Shown here: one piece after another, positions 37,519 to 46,421 of the stretch | Layout of the letters: each line of letters opens with the position of its first letter | Position numbering within the stretch: the stretch's first letter is position 1 | NCBI GenBank assembly: GCA_963727455.1 | Contig: CAVSGG010000006.1 | Coordinates: 96,001 to 160,000 of the forward strand | DNA: 64,000 nt | Reading direction: 5' to 3' | Source of the DNA: Candidatus Krumholzibacteriota bacterium | GTDB taxonomy: Bacteria > Krumholzibacteriota > Krumholzibacteriia > JAJRXK01 | Made by a program: the position numbers and the translations under genes | The notes under the pieces: generated by a model | The model's database searches: none | The model's input: the letters and a program-made list of their open reading frames with translations, nothing else | What the model was told of the DNA's origin: nothing

Positions 37519-38385
37519 ATGAGTGAAATGCCCGAACAGCCCCAGACGGAACTCGATTCCGTACGCATTGCCCAGGATCCCCGGGTCATCATATCCCTCT
37601 ATCATGCCGATCTCCGCTACGGCGAGCACTACGCGCTGCGCGACGTCAATCTTCAGGTCGCCAACGGGGAGTTCCTCTTCTTGGTGGGGCCCTCGGGGGC
37701 GGGGAAGAGCAGTCTGTTGCGGTTGCTCACCATGGACGAGTTTCCCACTTCGGGGCGTGTGGTGGTGGGATCCTTCGTATCCAGCCGCATGAAGCGCTCT
37801 CGAATCCCCAAGCTACGGCGTGAAATCGGAGTCATATTCCAGGATTTCCGTCTCCTCGACGATCGCAACGTTTTCGACAACATCGCATTTGCCCAAATGG
37901 TCATCGGAGTGAATAGCGCGGAGATCAAGCGAAACGTCTCGCGTGTTCTCAACTGGGTAGGACTGCACCACAAGCGCAACCAGGATGTCCGCACTCTCAG
38001 CGGGGGAGAGCGCCAGCGCGTTGCAATCGCCCGCGCCATCGTCAACAGCCCCAGAATTCTGTTGGCCGACGAACCCACGGGTAACCTCGATCCCGAAGTC
38101 AGCCAAGAAGTCATCGACCTCCTTTTCAGGATCAATTCCGCGGGAACCGCGGTGGTGATGTGTACCCACGATCACATCATGGTTCGTCAGTATGGCGAGC
38201 GCATCGTGAAGCTGGATGAAGGACGGGTCGTAGCAGACGTCGAGCGTTACCGCCCTCAGATTTCGCGCGAGGAACGCGCCGTGGCAAACAAGGCCTATCA
38301 GCCGCTGAAGGAAGGCGAACAACGACGCGCTCCCGAAAGCTGGAGCGAAAATCTCATCGAGATCAAGGGCAAGGAGAACGGCTGA
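37519..38385 (+). CDS. ftsE: Cell-division ABC ATPase
   Basis: GPSGAGKS, IFQDFRLL, LSGGERQRVAIARA, LLADEPTGNLD; upstream of ftsX. Confidence 0.93.
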   Translation: MSEMPEQPQTELDSVRIAQDPRVIISLYHADLRYGEHYALRDVNLQVANGEFLFLVGPSGAGKSSLLRLLTMDEFPTSGRVVVGSFVSSRMKRSRIPKLRREIGVIFQDFRLLDDRNVFDNIAFAQMVIGVNSAEIKRNVSRVLNWVGLHHKRNQDVRTLSGGERQRVAIARAIVNSPRILLADEPTGNLDPEVSQEVIDLLFRINSAGTAVVMCTHDHIMVRQYGERIVKLDEGRVVADVERYRPQISREERAVANKAYQPLKEGEQRRAPESWSENLIEIKGKENG

Positions 38386-39260
38386 TGTATGGCACGACGC
38401 AGATGAAGCACTTCGTGCGCGAGGCGCTTTTGGGTCTGGCGCGCCGGCGTGTCAGCGGCACCGTTGCCGTGCTCATCATGGGCTCGGCACTTCTGATGCT
38501 GGCCCTCTTCAGCTTGATCACCATCAATCTCGATCGGGTTTTGCAATCGGTGCGGGGGGACATCGACGCCGAGGTGTTTCTGCAGCCAAACGTCTCGGCC
38601 GATCAGCAGCAGACCCTGCAACATGAGATTCTTTCGGTGTACGGGGTGAAATCCGTCTTCTACGTGAGCAAAGCCAAGGCGCTGCAGGAATTTCGGGCCG
38701 ATCTCGGCAACGACGCTTCTCTCTTGGACGGATTCACGGAAAATCCGCTTCCCGCCTCGTTCCGTCTGCAGTTCGATGAGGAGATGACCCGCGACGCCGC
38801 CAAGATGGACGATCTGGTCCGGGTTCTGAAACAGTTCCCGTGGGTCGAGGAAGTCGTGTCGCAGGTGGAAACCGTGCACCGGCTCGATCGACTGGCGCGT
38901 ATCTTCAAGGTGGTCGACCTGATCGTCGGGCTTTTGGTCTTGGTTTCGGCCATCTTCGTGATTTCGAATACGGTGCGACTCACTGTCGAGGAACGCGCGC
39001 GCAGCATCGACATCATGAAGCAAGTCGGCGCCACCAATTGGTTCATTCGCACTCCCTTCCTGCTCGGAGGGGCGCTGCAAGGCGCCGCCGCCGGCACTCT
39101 GGCCATGATTCTGCTCCTGATCGCCCATCGCCTGCTCGAGCAAGAAATCAGCGGCGTCTACTTTTTCGCGAGTGGACAAATCGTCGGCTTCGTTCTTCTG
39201 AGCACGCTTCTGGGCGTCGTGGGCAGTGGAGCAGCACTGCGGCGCCATCTCCGCCTGTGA
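38385..39260 (+). CDS. ftsX: Cell-division permease
   Basis: 4-TM layout, YVSKAKAL, ENPLPAS, ISNTVRL, IMKQVGATNWFIRTPF. Confidence 0.93.
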   Translation: MYGTTQMKHFVREALLGLARRRVSGTVAVLIMGSALLMLALFSLITINLDRVLQSVRGDIDAEVFLQPNVSADQQQTLQHEILSVYGVKSVFYVSKAKALQEFRADLGNDASLLDGFTENPLPASFRLQFDEEMTRDAAKMDDLVRVLKQFPWVEEVVSQVETVHRLDRLARIFKVVDLIVGLLVLVSAIFVISNTVRLTVEERARSIDIMKQVGATNWFIRTPFLLGGALQGAAAGTLAMILLLIAHRLLEQEISGVYFFASGQIVGFVLLSTLLGVVGSGAALRRHLRL

Positions 39261-39265
39261 CCGTC

Positions 39266-40465
39266 ATGTGCAGAATCGCTTCATTCCACCGCTGCGCAGG
39301 AAGTCTCGCTCTCTGGCTGTTCGCCATGCTTGCGGTTGGCGTCTTGGCGGCGGCGACGGCGTTCGCCCAATCCGAGAGCGGATCGACTCTAGACCAAAAA
39401 CAACAGCAGCTCGAACAACTGCGGTCCGAGATCAAGAACTCTAGAAACAAGGCCAATGCGCTGGCGCAGGACGAGGGGAAGCAGTTGAAGCGCTTGCAGG
39501 CCTTGGAGCAGGAAGCGGCTGATACCAAGAAACTGCTGGATGGCCTCAACGCGCGCCAAGACGAACTCCTGCAAGAGGTGAACGCGCTCCGAAGCGAAAT
39601 TGCGCACAGTGATTCGAGTGCCGCCTTGCGGCGCGCGAGACTGGCCTCACAATTGCGCCACATGTACATGTACCGCAGCCAGAGCACCTTCGCCGTGCTC
39701 GCGACCAGCGGCGAGTTGAATCAGTTGGGGCGAAAGATGCGCGCCATGACCTCGATTGCTCGTGCCGAGCGCAACTTCATCGATGACATTCAACAGGACC
39801 GTTCTATCCTGCAGGACAAGAAAGCACAGTTGGACGAGCGTTTGGCGCAGCTCGAACAGACCCGTGGACAGGTGGAACGGCAGCGGGCACGGGTGAACTC
39901 GCTCAAACAGGAGAGGCGGACCCAGCTCGATCAGATCAAGAAAGAACGCAAGCGCTGGGATTCCTCCCTGAAAGAACTGCAACAATCAGCCGCGCAGCTC
40001 GAAGACCTGATGGCGCAGTTGGAGAAGAAGGGACAGAAGTCCGGAGCGCAGCTCAGCGCTGATTTTCCCGCGCTGAAGGGACATCTGATCATGCCGGTAG
40101 CCGGAACCGTAACCCAAGGCTTCGGGCGCTCGGTCCATCCCCGATTCAAGACGGTGGTCGTGAATCGCGGGATCAACATCGCGGCCGCCATCGGCGCTCC
40201 CATCCGTGTAGTTGCGCCTGGAGTCGTCGATTACGTGAACTGGTTGCCCGGCTATGGCAAGTGCATTATCGTCAACCACGGCAACGGTTGGTACACCCTT
40301 TACGCTCATTGCTCGCAGATCTTCCCCGCGGTATCGGCAACGGTACAATCCGGCGAGGTGATTGCGGAAGTGGGAGATACGGGCTCACTCGATGGCAGTC
40401 AACTCTACTTCGAAATTCGACACGGAAAATCTCCCGTCGATCCCACCCCGTGGTTCCGCCACTGA
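39266..40465 (+). CDS. envC: Murein hydrolase activator EnvC-like (coiled coil + degenerate M23/LytM)
   Basis: Signal peptide, long coiled coil, LIMPVAG, NRGINI (HxxxD lost), GYGKCIIVNHG, LYFEIR; follows ftsEX. Confidence 0.85.
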   Translation: MCRIASFHRCAGSLALWLFAMLAVGVLAAATAFAQSESGSTLDQKQQQLEQLRSEIKNSRNKANALAQDEGKQLKRLQALEQEAADTKKLLDGLNARQDELLQEVNALRSEIAHSDSSAALRRARLASQLRHMYMYRSQSTFAVLATSGELNQLGRKMRAMTSIARAERNFIDDIQQDRSILQDKKAQLDERLAQLEQTRGQVERQRARVNSLKQERRTQLDQIKKERKRWDSSLKELQQSAAQLEDLMAQLEKKGQKSGAQLSADFPALKGHLIMPVAGTVTQGFGRSVHPRFKTVVVNRGINIAAAIGAPIRVVAPGVVDYVNWLPGYGKCIIVNHGNGWYTLYAHCSQIFPAVSATVQSGEVIAEVGDTGSLDGSQLYFEIRHGKSPVDPTPWFRH

Positions 40466-40516
40466 TCCTCACGTTTCACAGAACGCGCCGAGTTTTTTCT
40501 CGTCATCGTTGGCGGA

Positions 40517-41656
40517 GTGGTCGTGAGCGGCGTGGCCACACCTCTACAGCGTAGCCCGGCACTCGCCAGTCTCGCCCGGGCCGCCCAAAACGGCCAACTG
40601 CCCAACAGCGTACTCTTGGAAGGACCGGAAGGCTGCGGCAAGCAGGAAATTGCGCTCGCGCTGGCCGAAATTCTGTTGGAGAAAGACGCGGGAGAATCCC
40701 GCGGACGGGTAGCTCGACTCTCGCACCCCGATTTACTCTTCGTGTTTCCGGCGCAGGCCAACCTGAAGCTGGAGACCTATCGCGAGATTCTGGATGCCAA
40801 AGCGGAAGAACCACTGGCGCGCATCCGTCAGGCGAGCACCGCGATCATCGCGATCGGGGAGGTGGACAACCCGGGCTTCTGCACCATCCGCCGAGTGCGC
40901 CGCTTCGCAGAGGCCGTGCCGTTCGAAGCACCCTACAAAGTGGTGATTCTAGCCGACGCCCATCGCATGAATCGAGCGGCGGCGAACGCGCTGCTCAAGA
41001 CACTGGAGGAGCCGCCTGCGACCGCCGTGCTTCTTCTCTGTTCCCATCAGACGCATCTCATGCCGGCCACGGTGCGCAGCCGCTGCGCGCGGGTGCGGGT
41101 TCCCGCCTTCAGTGAGGAGGAGCTCCGAGAACGCCTCAGCGAGAGACACGGTCTCGACGAGGATTCGGCCGAGCAGATCGCCGCGGTCAGCGGCGGCAAC
41201 GGCCGGCGCGCGCTCGATCTCATCGACCCCCAGTCACTCATGGTGGCCTCTTGGGCGCGCACCCTGCTGACGCGACTGCTCGCCGCTGAGCGGGCCGACC
41301 TTCTAGCGGGAGCCGAACGAGTTTCGAAGGGACAGGACCCCAAGGGCGGCAAGGGCAGCAAGCTCACCGATGCCAGCTTGAGCGCTTCGCGTGATGTCGC
41401 GCTGCGGACGATGGACTTTCTCGTTGCCGATCTCCTCTCGCTGGTCCGTTTGCGTGAGGGCATACGAGAGAATCGCGCGTTGACGGAACGTCTCTCCAAG
41501 TGGCTGCGAGAGGAACCTGCCGTCGATCCGAGCCGCGCCGCCAAGATCCTGCTCACAGCACGCGATGATCTGGCGTTGAACGTGAACGTGGGCTTGGTAC
41601 TCACACATGCGTTCATGGATGCCGTCGACTCCGTCGCGGCAAAAGGTAGCATTTAG
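40517..41656 (+). CDS. holB: DNA polymerase III delta' subunit
   Basis: LLEGPEGCGK, HPDL, AHRMNRAAANALLKTLEEPP, TVRSRC. Confidence 0.88.
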   Translation: MVVSGVATPLQRSPALASLARAAQNGQLPNSVLLEGPEGCGKQEIALALAEILLEKDAGESRGRVARLSHPDLLFVFPAQANLKLETYREILDAKAEEPLARIRQASTAIIAIGEVDNPGFCTIRRVRRFAEAVPFEAPYKVVILADAHRMNRAAANALLKTLEEPPATAVLLLCSHQTHLMPATVRSRCARVRVPAFSEEELRERLSERHGLDEDSAEQIAAVSGGNGRRALDLIDPQSLMVASWARTLLTRLLAAERADLLAGAERVSKGQDPKGGKGSKLTDASLSASRDVALRTMDFLVADLLSLVRLREGIRENRALTERLSKWLREEPAVDPSRAAKILLTARDDLALNVNVGLVLTHAFMDAVDSVAAKGSI

Positions 41657-41659
41657 CTC

Positions 41660-42493
41660 ATGGCGGGACTCATCGACAGCCATCTCCATTTGGGTCGGGA
41701 GGAGTTCGAATCCGACCGCGAGCTCGTGCGCCAGAGGGCGAAGGAAGCCGGTGTGTGTGCATTTCTCCACGTCGGCTTCGATCCTCCTTCCATCGAGGCG
41801 GCCCTGCGGCAGGCGGAGGGACGGCAGGACGAGTGGGTGGCCGCCGGCATTCATCCCCACGACGCGCGCGAGTGGAGTGCTTCGTCCGAGAAACTTCTCG
41901 AAGAGCTCGCAAGCGAAGGTAGGATCGTGGCGGTGGGTGAGTGCGGTTTGGACTTCTATCGCGAGCTTTCACCCAGGCCGCTGCAGGAGCGCGCCTTCCG
42001 CGCCCAGATCGCGCTGGCCAAGAGTCTCGACCTTCCCATGATCTACCACGTACGCGACGCGTACCCCGAGGCGAAGAGAATCCTGGTAGAGGAGGGTTTG
42101 CCGCCGCGCCGCGGGATCTTCCACGCCTTCGCCGGCGACGCGGAGTTCGCGAGCTGGGCGCGCAAGGAGGGCTTCCAATTGGGCGTGGGTGGTCCGCTCA
42201 CCTATCCCAAGTCCAAGCTGCCGGCGGCGATCGAAGCGATCCCGCGCGAGAGCTTGATCCTGGAGACGGATGCTCCCTGGCTTCCGCCCCAGCCCTTCCG
42301 CGGCCGGCGCAACGAACCCGCCTATCTGCGCATCACCGCTGAGCATCTCGCGCTGGCCAAGGGGGTTTCGGTGGACGAGTTAGCGCGCGGGATGGCGGAG
42401 AGCTTCGCCTCCCTCTTTGCCGTGGAATTTTCCAACGTTTTTGCCGCTTTCGTCCCTTCCCGCTGCGCGGTACCCGGGAAGCGGGCGCGTTGA
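41660..42493 (+). CDS. tatD: TatD-family deoxyribonuclease
   Basis: DSHLHL, GIHPH, GECGLDF, IYHVRDA, IFHAF, LETDAPWL, RNEP. Confidence 0.93.
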   Translation: MAGLIDSHLHLGREEFESDRELVRQRAKEAGVCAFLHVGFDPPSIEAALRQAEGRQDEWVAAGIHPHDAREWSASSEKLLEELASEGRIVAVGECGLDFYRELSPRPLQERAFRAQIALAKSLDLPMIYHVRDAYPEAKRILVEEGLPPRRGIFHAFAGDAEFASWARKEGFQLGVGGPLTYPKSKLPAAIEAIPRESLILETDAPWLPPQPFRGRRNEPAYLRITAEHLALAKGVSVDELARGMAESFASLFAVEFSNVFAAFVPSRCAVPGKRAR

Positions 42494-42519
42494 CAGGCCG
42501 GCCGATGGGGTGCTATCCT
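42490..42519 (+). promoter_or_regulatory. Sigma70 promoter TTGACA-N18-TATCCT with extended -10 TG
   Basis: Perfect TTGACA 42490-42495 overlapping the tatD stop; TG-C-TATCCT 42511-42519; an additional TATAAT at 42522-42527. Confidence 0.65.
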
Positions 42520-42529
42520 CTTATAATCA

Positions 42530-42718
42530 AAACAGGACCGGAGTTCGACCGGTCTCCCCTGCCAACTCGCCTCTCCTCTCCGGAGGTCTTGCCACCGTAT
42601 CTGTGCTACGGTTCGCGCTCGTATCGAGCGTGTTCCCGAGTTCTCGGAACTCGGGTATCGTGGGGACCTCGTCCCCCAGTGGTTCAAGGCCGGCTTCGTG
42701 ACGGCGCACTCCCTTTTT
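42530..42718 (+). ncRNA. Candidate structured ncRNA or rsmA 5' leader (multi-hairpin)
   Basis: Hairpins at 42536-42554, 42594-42612, 42614-42632, 42635-42655, 42662-42676, enclosing helix 42586-42595/42679-42690, T-run 42714-42718. Confidence 0.5.
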
Positions 42719-42723
42719 GGTGT

Positions 42724-43566
42724 ATGACTCCGCACGAATCCCAAGTAGCGCTTCTGAGGAAATATGGTTTGCGCCTGAACAAACGTCTGGGCCAGCATTT
42801 CCTCATCGATCAACGGGTTCTGGCACGAATCGTGGATTCCATCCTCGATTTGGACGTGCATCGCGTGGTCGAATTGGGCGCCGGAGCGGGAGCCCTCAGT
42901 GGCGCCCTCTTGCACGCGAGTCTTGAAGTGGAAGCGCTCGAGCTCGACGAGAGGATGCTCGAGCTTCTGAAAACCGAATACGCGTCCGACGGTCTGATAG
43001 TTCGCCGGGCGGACATCGCGCGGGAGGATCTGGCCGAGACGGTGGGCGCTGAGCCCATGTGCTTCGCGGGAAATCTCCCCTACCAGGTGACGAGCCCGGT
43101 GCTGTTCGCCCTGAGGGAAGCGCTTCTGCGACCTGCATGCAGGGGAGCGATCCTCATGATGCAGGCAGAGGTGGCAACCCGCTTGTGCGCGAAGCCGGGA
43201 ACCAAGGACTACGGCGTGCTCACAGTGCTCCTTCAAGCGCGTTGCCGGGTACGCAGAATCTTGCGCGTGCGTCCCGGGTCGTTCCTCCCTCCGCCCAAAG
43301 TGCATTCGGCGGTGGTGGAGCTTCTGCCACGAGAGGAGATCGTGGAGTTTGGCGATCACGGAACGAGGCTGGTCAAAGAGCTGTTTCGCGAACGGCGCAA
43401 GCAGATCGGCGGACTGTTGAAGCGCCGCTATGGCGTAGGCGACGCGCGACTGACGCAACTCAGGGAATCGACGGGAATCGACCCCCGACTTCGTCCTGAG
43501 GATTTGAGTATTGAGGATTTCAGAACTCTGGATCTCTACCTGGAAGAGTCACGGAACGAATCATGA
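42724..43566 (+). CDS. rsmA: 16S rRNA adenine dimethyltransferase (KsgA)
   Basis: KRLGQHFLID, VELGAGAGAL, GNLPYQ, MMQAEVATRL, FLPPPKVHSAVV, RRKQI, RPEDLS. Confidence 0.95.
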   Translation: MTPHESQVALLRKYGLRLNKRLGQHFLIDQRVLARIVDSILDLDVHRVVELGAGAGALSGALLHASLEVEALELDERMLELLKTEYASDGLIVRRADIAREDLAETVGAEPMCFAGNLPYQVTSPVLFALREALLRPACRGAILMMQAEVATRLCAKPGTKDYGVLTVLLQARCRVRRILRVRPGSFLPPPKVHSAVVELLPREEIVEFGDHGTRLVKELFRERRKQIGGLLKRRYGVGDARLTQLRESTGIDPRLRPEDLSIEDFRTLDLYLEESRNES

Positions 43567-45731
43567 CCAGAAGCCAGAGGGGGTGGAGGGCCAGAGCTTG
43601 GGGAGTCGCGGCGGCGACTCTCGCGGCGACGCTTCTATGTGCCAGCAGCGGCACATGGGCGCAGAGTGAAGCGGACGCCGACAGTTCGGGTACGGAGGCA
43701 CGGAGTTTGTCCGATTTATCAAAGCAGAGCAGCCAGGCCGGCGCGGACTCCACGTCCGGCGGGAACACCGCGGCCAAGAGCGATTCCACCGGGATTCAGG
43801 CTCTGCGCGAACAAATGCAGGCCCTGCATGGAATGACCTGGCTCGACTTCGCGGGGCCCGATACGAGGAATCGGCCCACGCTCAAGGGCGGATACAATTC
43901 CGGACAATCCAACTATGGACCCTACTTCGACATCAACGTCCCGTTGTTGGTGGCCGGCGGATTCTCCACCACGAGCAGCTATCACCGCGAGAGTTTCCGG
44001 GAACCCGCTACCCAGCAGAAGAAGGTGGGCCGCGAGATCCACAGCGGCTGGAAGCGTCCCATGAGCGATTGGGGGAGCTTCAACTTGGAATTCCGGCGCA
44101 GGAGCAACGAAACGGAGCGCGTCGGATTCGCCAAGAGCACCTCGGAGAACACCACCCTGAGTTCCAGCCTCACGGGCAACGCGGATCTCGGAGACACCGG
44201 AATCGACAGCAAGTGGTCGGTCCAGGGAAACATTCAGGACGACAAGGTCAGTTCGGGTTCGCGCGCGGGCGCGACGAACCAGACCCTCAACACGGGCACC
44301 TTCTCCTTGGGAACCGGTCGCAAGTTGAGCGGAGTGAACGTGGTTCTGAACGCCGGACTGGACGTCTCGGCCGGACCGCAGACCCTCTCCGCCGCGACCG
44401 ACGGAAGCAATGCGCAACAGGACACCAAGACCAGCGTGAGCGACACCTTGGGCGTGAATCTCGTCTGGCAGCCGGCGAAAACACGCAGTTTCAGCGCTCA
44501 GCTCAGCCGGCAGGTCTTCAACGAGGACCGTTTGGACTATCTGAAGGACTTCCGCGGAGTCTCGCTCTTCGACCCCGACACCCGGCTCAAGATCGTGGGG
44601 AAAGAGAGCGAGAGCAGGAACATCACGAGCATCCAGCTCGCGGCCAAGACCCCCATCTACCGCTCGCTGTCCACCAATCTGAGCTACAACCTCGAGCGCA
44701 AGGAAACCCACTACACTCTGAGCGAGCAGGGCTTCATTCCCGAACACACGCAGAACTTCAGCGGAGACGTCACCTTCCGCTACGCGCAGGCGGGAAGCCT
44801 GAAAGTGAGCCTAGGTCTCAGCCAGCTCTGGGACGATCGGCGTTCGAGAGGATCCAGCGAGCTGCGTGGCAAGCACTTCAGCAATTCGAACAGCGTGAGC
44901 TTCACCATCAACCAACACCTCTTGGGCGCCACCGATCTCAAGGTGCTGTACGCGGAGGACCTGGCCCAGCAGGTCTACGACTACAAGCTGGAGACGGGAA
45001 CGCTGGACATCGACGTTCTCTCGAAGCGCGTGGACGCCAAGTTGAGTTCGGACGCGTTCAGCAAGATCAAGGTGACCCTGACCGGGTCGTACAAGACATC
45101 GGCCAACATCTCTCTGGACGCCAAGCAAGTGGCCAACAACAACCGCGATCAGAATACCTGGAAAGTCAGCGGAGATTACGCCTGGCAGCTCACGCAGGCC
45201 CTGAGTTTCTCGCAGAGCTACCAGCTCGGAATCGACTACACCGACTACTACTATTCCTACGTGCCCCAAGTGAACCAGCGGGACAAGTTCTACAAACGCA
45301 CGCAGCTCAAGACCGACCTCAACTTGATGCTTCCCGGCGCGGCCAGCTTCTCCTTGAGCCACAGCGTGGATCGAACCCGCGGGGGCAACAAGCTGCTCCA
45401 AAACGACGTGGAGCTCGGCAGCTATACCGACGATCTGGCCCGCCGTCAGGACGAGCAGAGATTGCGGGCCGCGGTCGCCTTTCCCCTCGTGATGGGCTAC
45501 AAGGTGTCGGTGGAGACCAATCGCACCTGGCGCACCCTGCAGGGTACGAGCGACGAGTTTCAGGGGAACATCCGGACCGGTCTGAAGGGAACGCAGTCCT
45601 TCTTGCACAATCGCATGACCCTCTCCTTGGATTTGGGTTACGTGTGGGCCTATGGCCCTCCGCGCGTCATTCGCATCCAGCGCGACCGGCGCTACTTCGC
45701 CTCCTCCACCTACGTGTCCTGGGCATTCTGA
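43563..45731 (+). CDS. Large outer-membrane beta-barrel protein of unknown function (722 aa)
   Basis: Signal peptide (TWA-Q), Ser/Ala linker, many amphipathic strands, C-terminal YVSWAF beta-signal; ATGA overlap with rsmA. Confidence 0.8.
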   Translation: MTRSQRGWRARAWGVAAATLAATLLCASSGTWAQSEADADSSGTEARSLSDLSKQSSQAGADSTSGGNTAAKSDSTGIQALREQMQALHGMTWLDFAGPDTRNRPTLKGGYNSGQSNYGPYFDINVPLLVAGGFSTTSSYHRESFREPATQQKKVGREIHSGWKRPMSDWGSFNLEFRRRSNETERVGFAKSTSENTTLSSSLTGNADLGDTGIDSKWSVQGNIQDDKVSSGSRAGATNQTLNTGTFSLGTGRKLSGVNVVLNAGLDVSAGPQTLSAATDGSNAQQDTKTSVSDTLGVNLVWQPAKTRSFSAQLSRQVFNEDRLDYLKDFRGVSLFDPDTRLKIVGKESESRNITSIQLAAKTPIYRSLSTNLSYNLERKETHYTLSEQGFIPEHTQNFSGDVTFRYAQAGSLKVSLGLSQLWDDRRSRGSSELRGKHFSNSNSVSFTINQHLLGATDLKVLYAEDLAQQVYDYKLETGTLDIDVLSKRVDAKLSSDAFSKIKVTLTGSYKTSANISLDAKQVANNNRDQNTWKVSGDYAWQLTQALSFSQSYQLGIDYTDYYYSYVPQVNQRDKFYKRTQLKTDLNLMLPGAASFSLSHSVDRTRGGNKLLQNDVELGSYTDDLARRQDEQRLRAAVAFPLVMGYKVSVETNRTWRTLQGTSDEFQGNIRTGLKGTQSFLHNRMTLSLDLGYVWAYGPPRVIRIQRDRRYFASSTYVSWAF

Positions 45732-45741
45732 AAGGGTCTCG

Positions 45742-46314
45742 ATGTCGCGTCTGCTCTTCATCACCGTACTCGTCGCATTGCTCCTGGGGGGATGCTTCTT
45801 CAAGACGCGTACGCCCGCGCAACCCGACTTCGGCGGAGGCTGCGACGTCCAGTTCCGCTTCAACGACCGATGGGAAAACGTGCTCTTCAACATGGAAGGG
45901 GCATTGAAGTGCGGGGATGCCACCGAGTATCTTGATGTCATCGGCACCGATTTCGTCTACGAACCGACGGCGAATCTGATGGCCCAGTATCCCTCTGTGT
46001 TTGGCAGCGTGTGGGACAAGAACCGGGAGGGCACCTTCATTCAGAACGCCTTTGCCGGCTCACTTTTCGAGGCCTCGCTGGCCGACAGCATCCTCTCCGG
46101 GCCCACCGACAGCGGAGACATCACGCGGCTCACCGCGCGCTACGTGGTCAACGAAGTGGACGGCTCGGGAACCCCCACCGGCCGCAGCTGGGATGGCATC
46201 GCCGACTACGAATTTCTGCGCGGGAGTCTGGTCACCCTGGTCCTCTGGAGGGACAATGACAGCTCGGGATTGCCCTTCGGGGAGCTGAGAGCCGAATTGG
46301 CGGGAGGTAACTGA
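45742..46314 (+). CDS. Lipoprotein, predicted NTF2/SnoaL-like fold
   Basis: Lipobox LGG-C; VLFNMEGAL...EYLDVIGTDFVY...WDKNRE...F...LWRD pattern shared with the next gene. Confidence 0.8.
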   Translation: MSRLLFITVLVALLLGGCFFKTRTPAQPDFGGGCDVQFRFNDRWENVLFNMEGALKCGDATEYLDVIGTDFVYEPTANLMAQYPSVFGSVWDKNREGTFIQNAFAGSLFEASLADSILSGPTDSGDITRLTARYVVNEVDGSGTPTGRSWDGIADYEFLRGSLVTLVLWRDNDSSGLPFGELRAELAGGN

Positions 46315-46349
46315 AAACTCAATTGCTAAACCAATTTTCCTAAAAACTC

Positions 46350-46385
46350 GGGACGATGGCATCGTCCCCGCGGATTTGCTACAAT
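46350..46385 (+). promoter_or_regulatory. Internal sigma70 promoter TGGCAT-N17-TACAAT (extended TG) overlapped by a 19-bp palindrome
   Basis: -35 at 46357-46362, TG-C-TACAAT at 46377-46385; GGGACGATG-G-CATCGTCCC at 46350-46368. Confidence 0.55.
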
Positions 46386-46421
46386 TCTGTCCACAAGGAC
46401 GCACCATTGGAGGTTTTGCCC

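Noticed and set aside
40160-40182. Loss of the M23 HxxxD motif (NRGINI)
   Set aside because: Expected for EnvC-type amidase activators; not novel.
40472-40487. CGTTTCACAGAACGCG as a possible parS site
   Set aside because: Only one half matches TGTTTCACGTGAAACA.
42536-42554. GTTCGA suggesting a tRNA T-loop
   Set aside because: The flanks do not form a 5-bp T-stem in the right register, and there is no acceptor stem/CCA or anticodon arm.
42594-42676. Hairpin series as a possible CRISPR or REP array
   Set aside because: The hairpins have different sequences, there is no repeat-spacer periodicity, and no cas genes are present.
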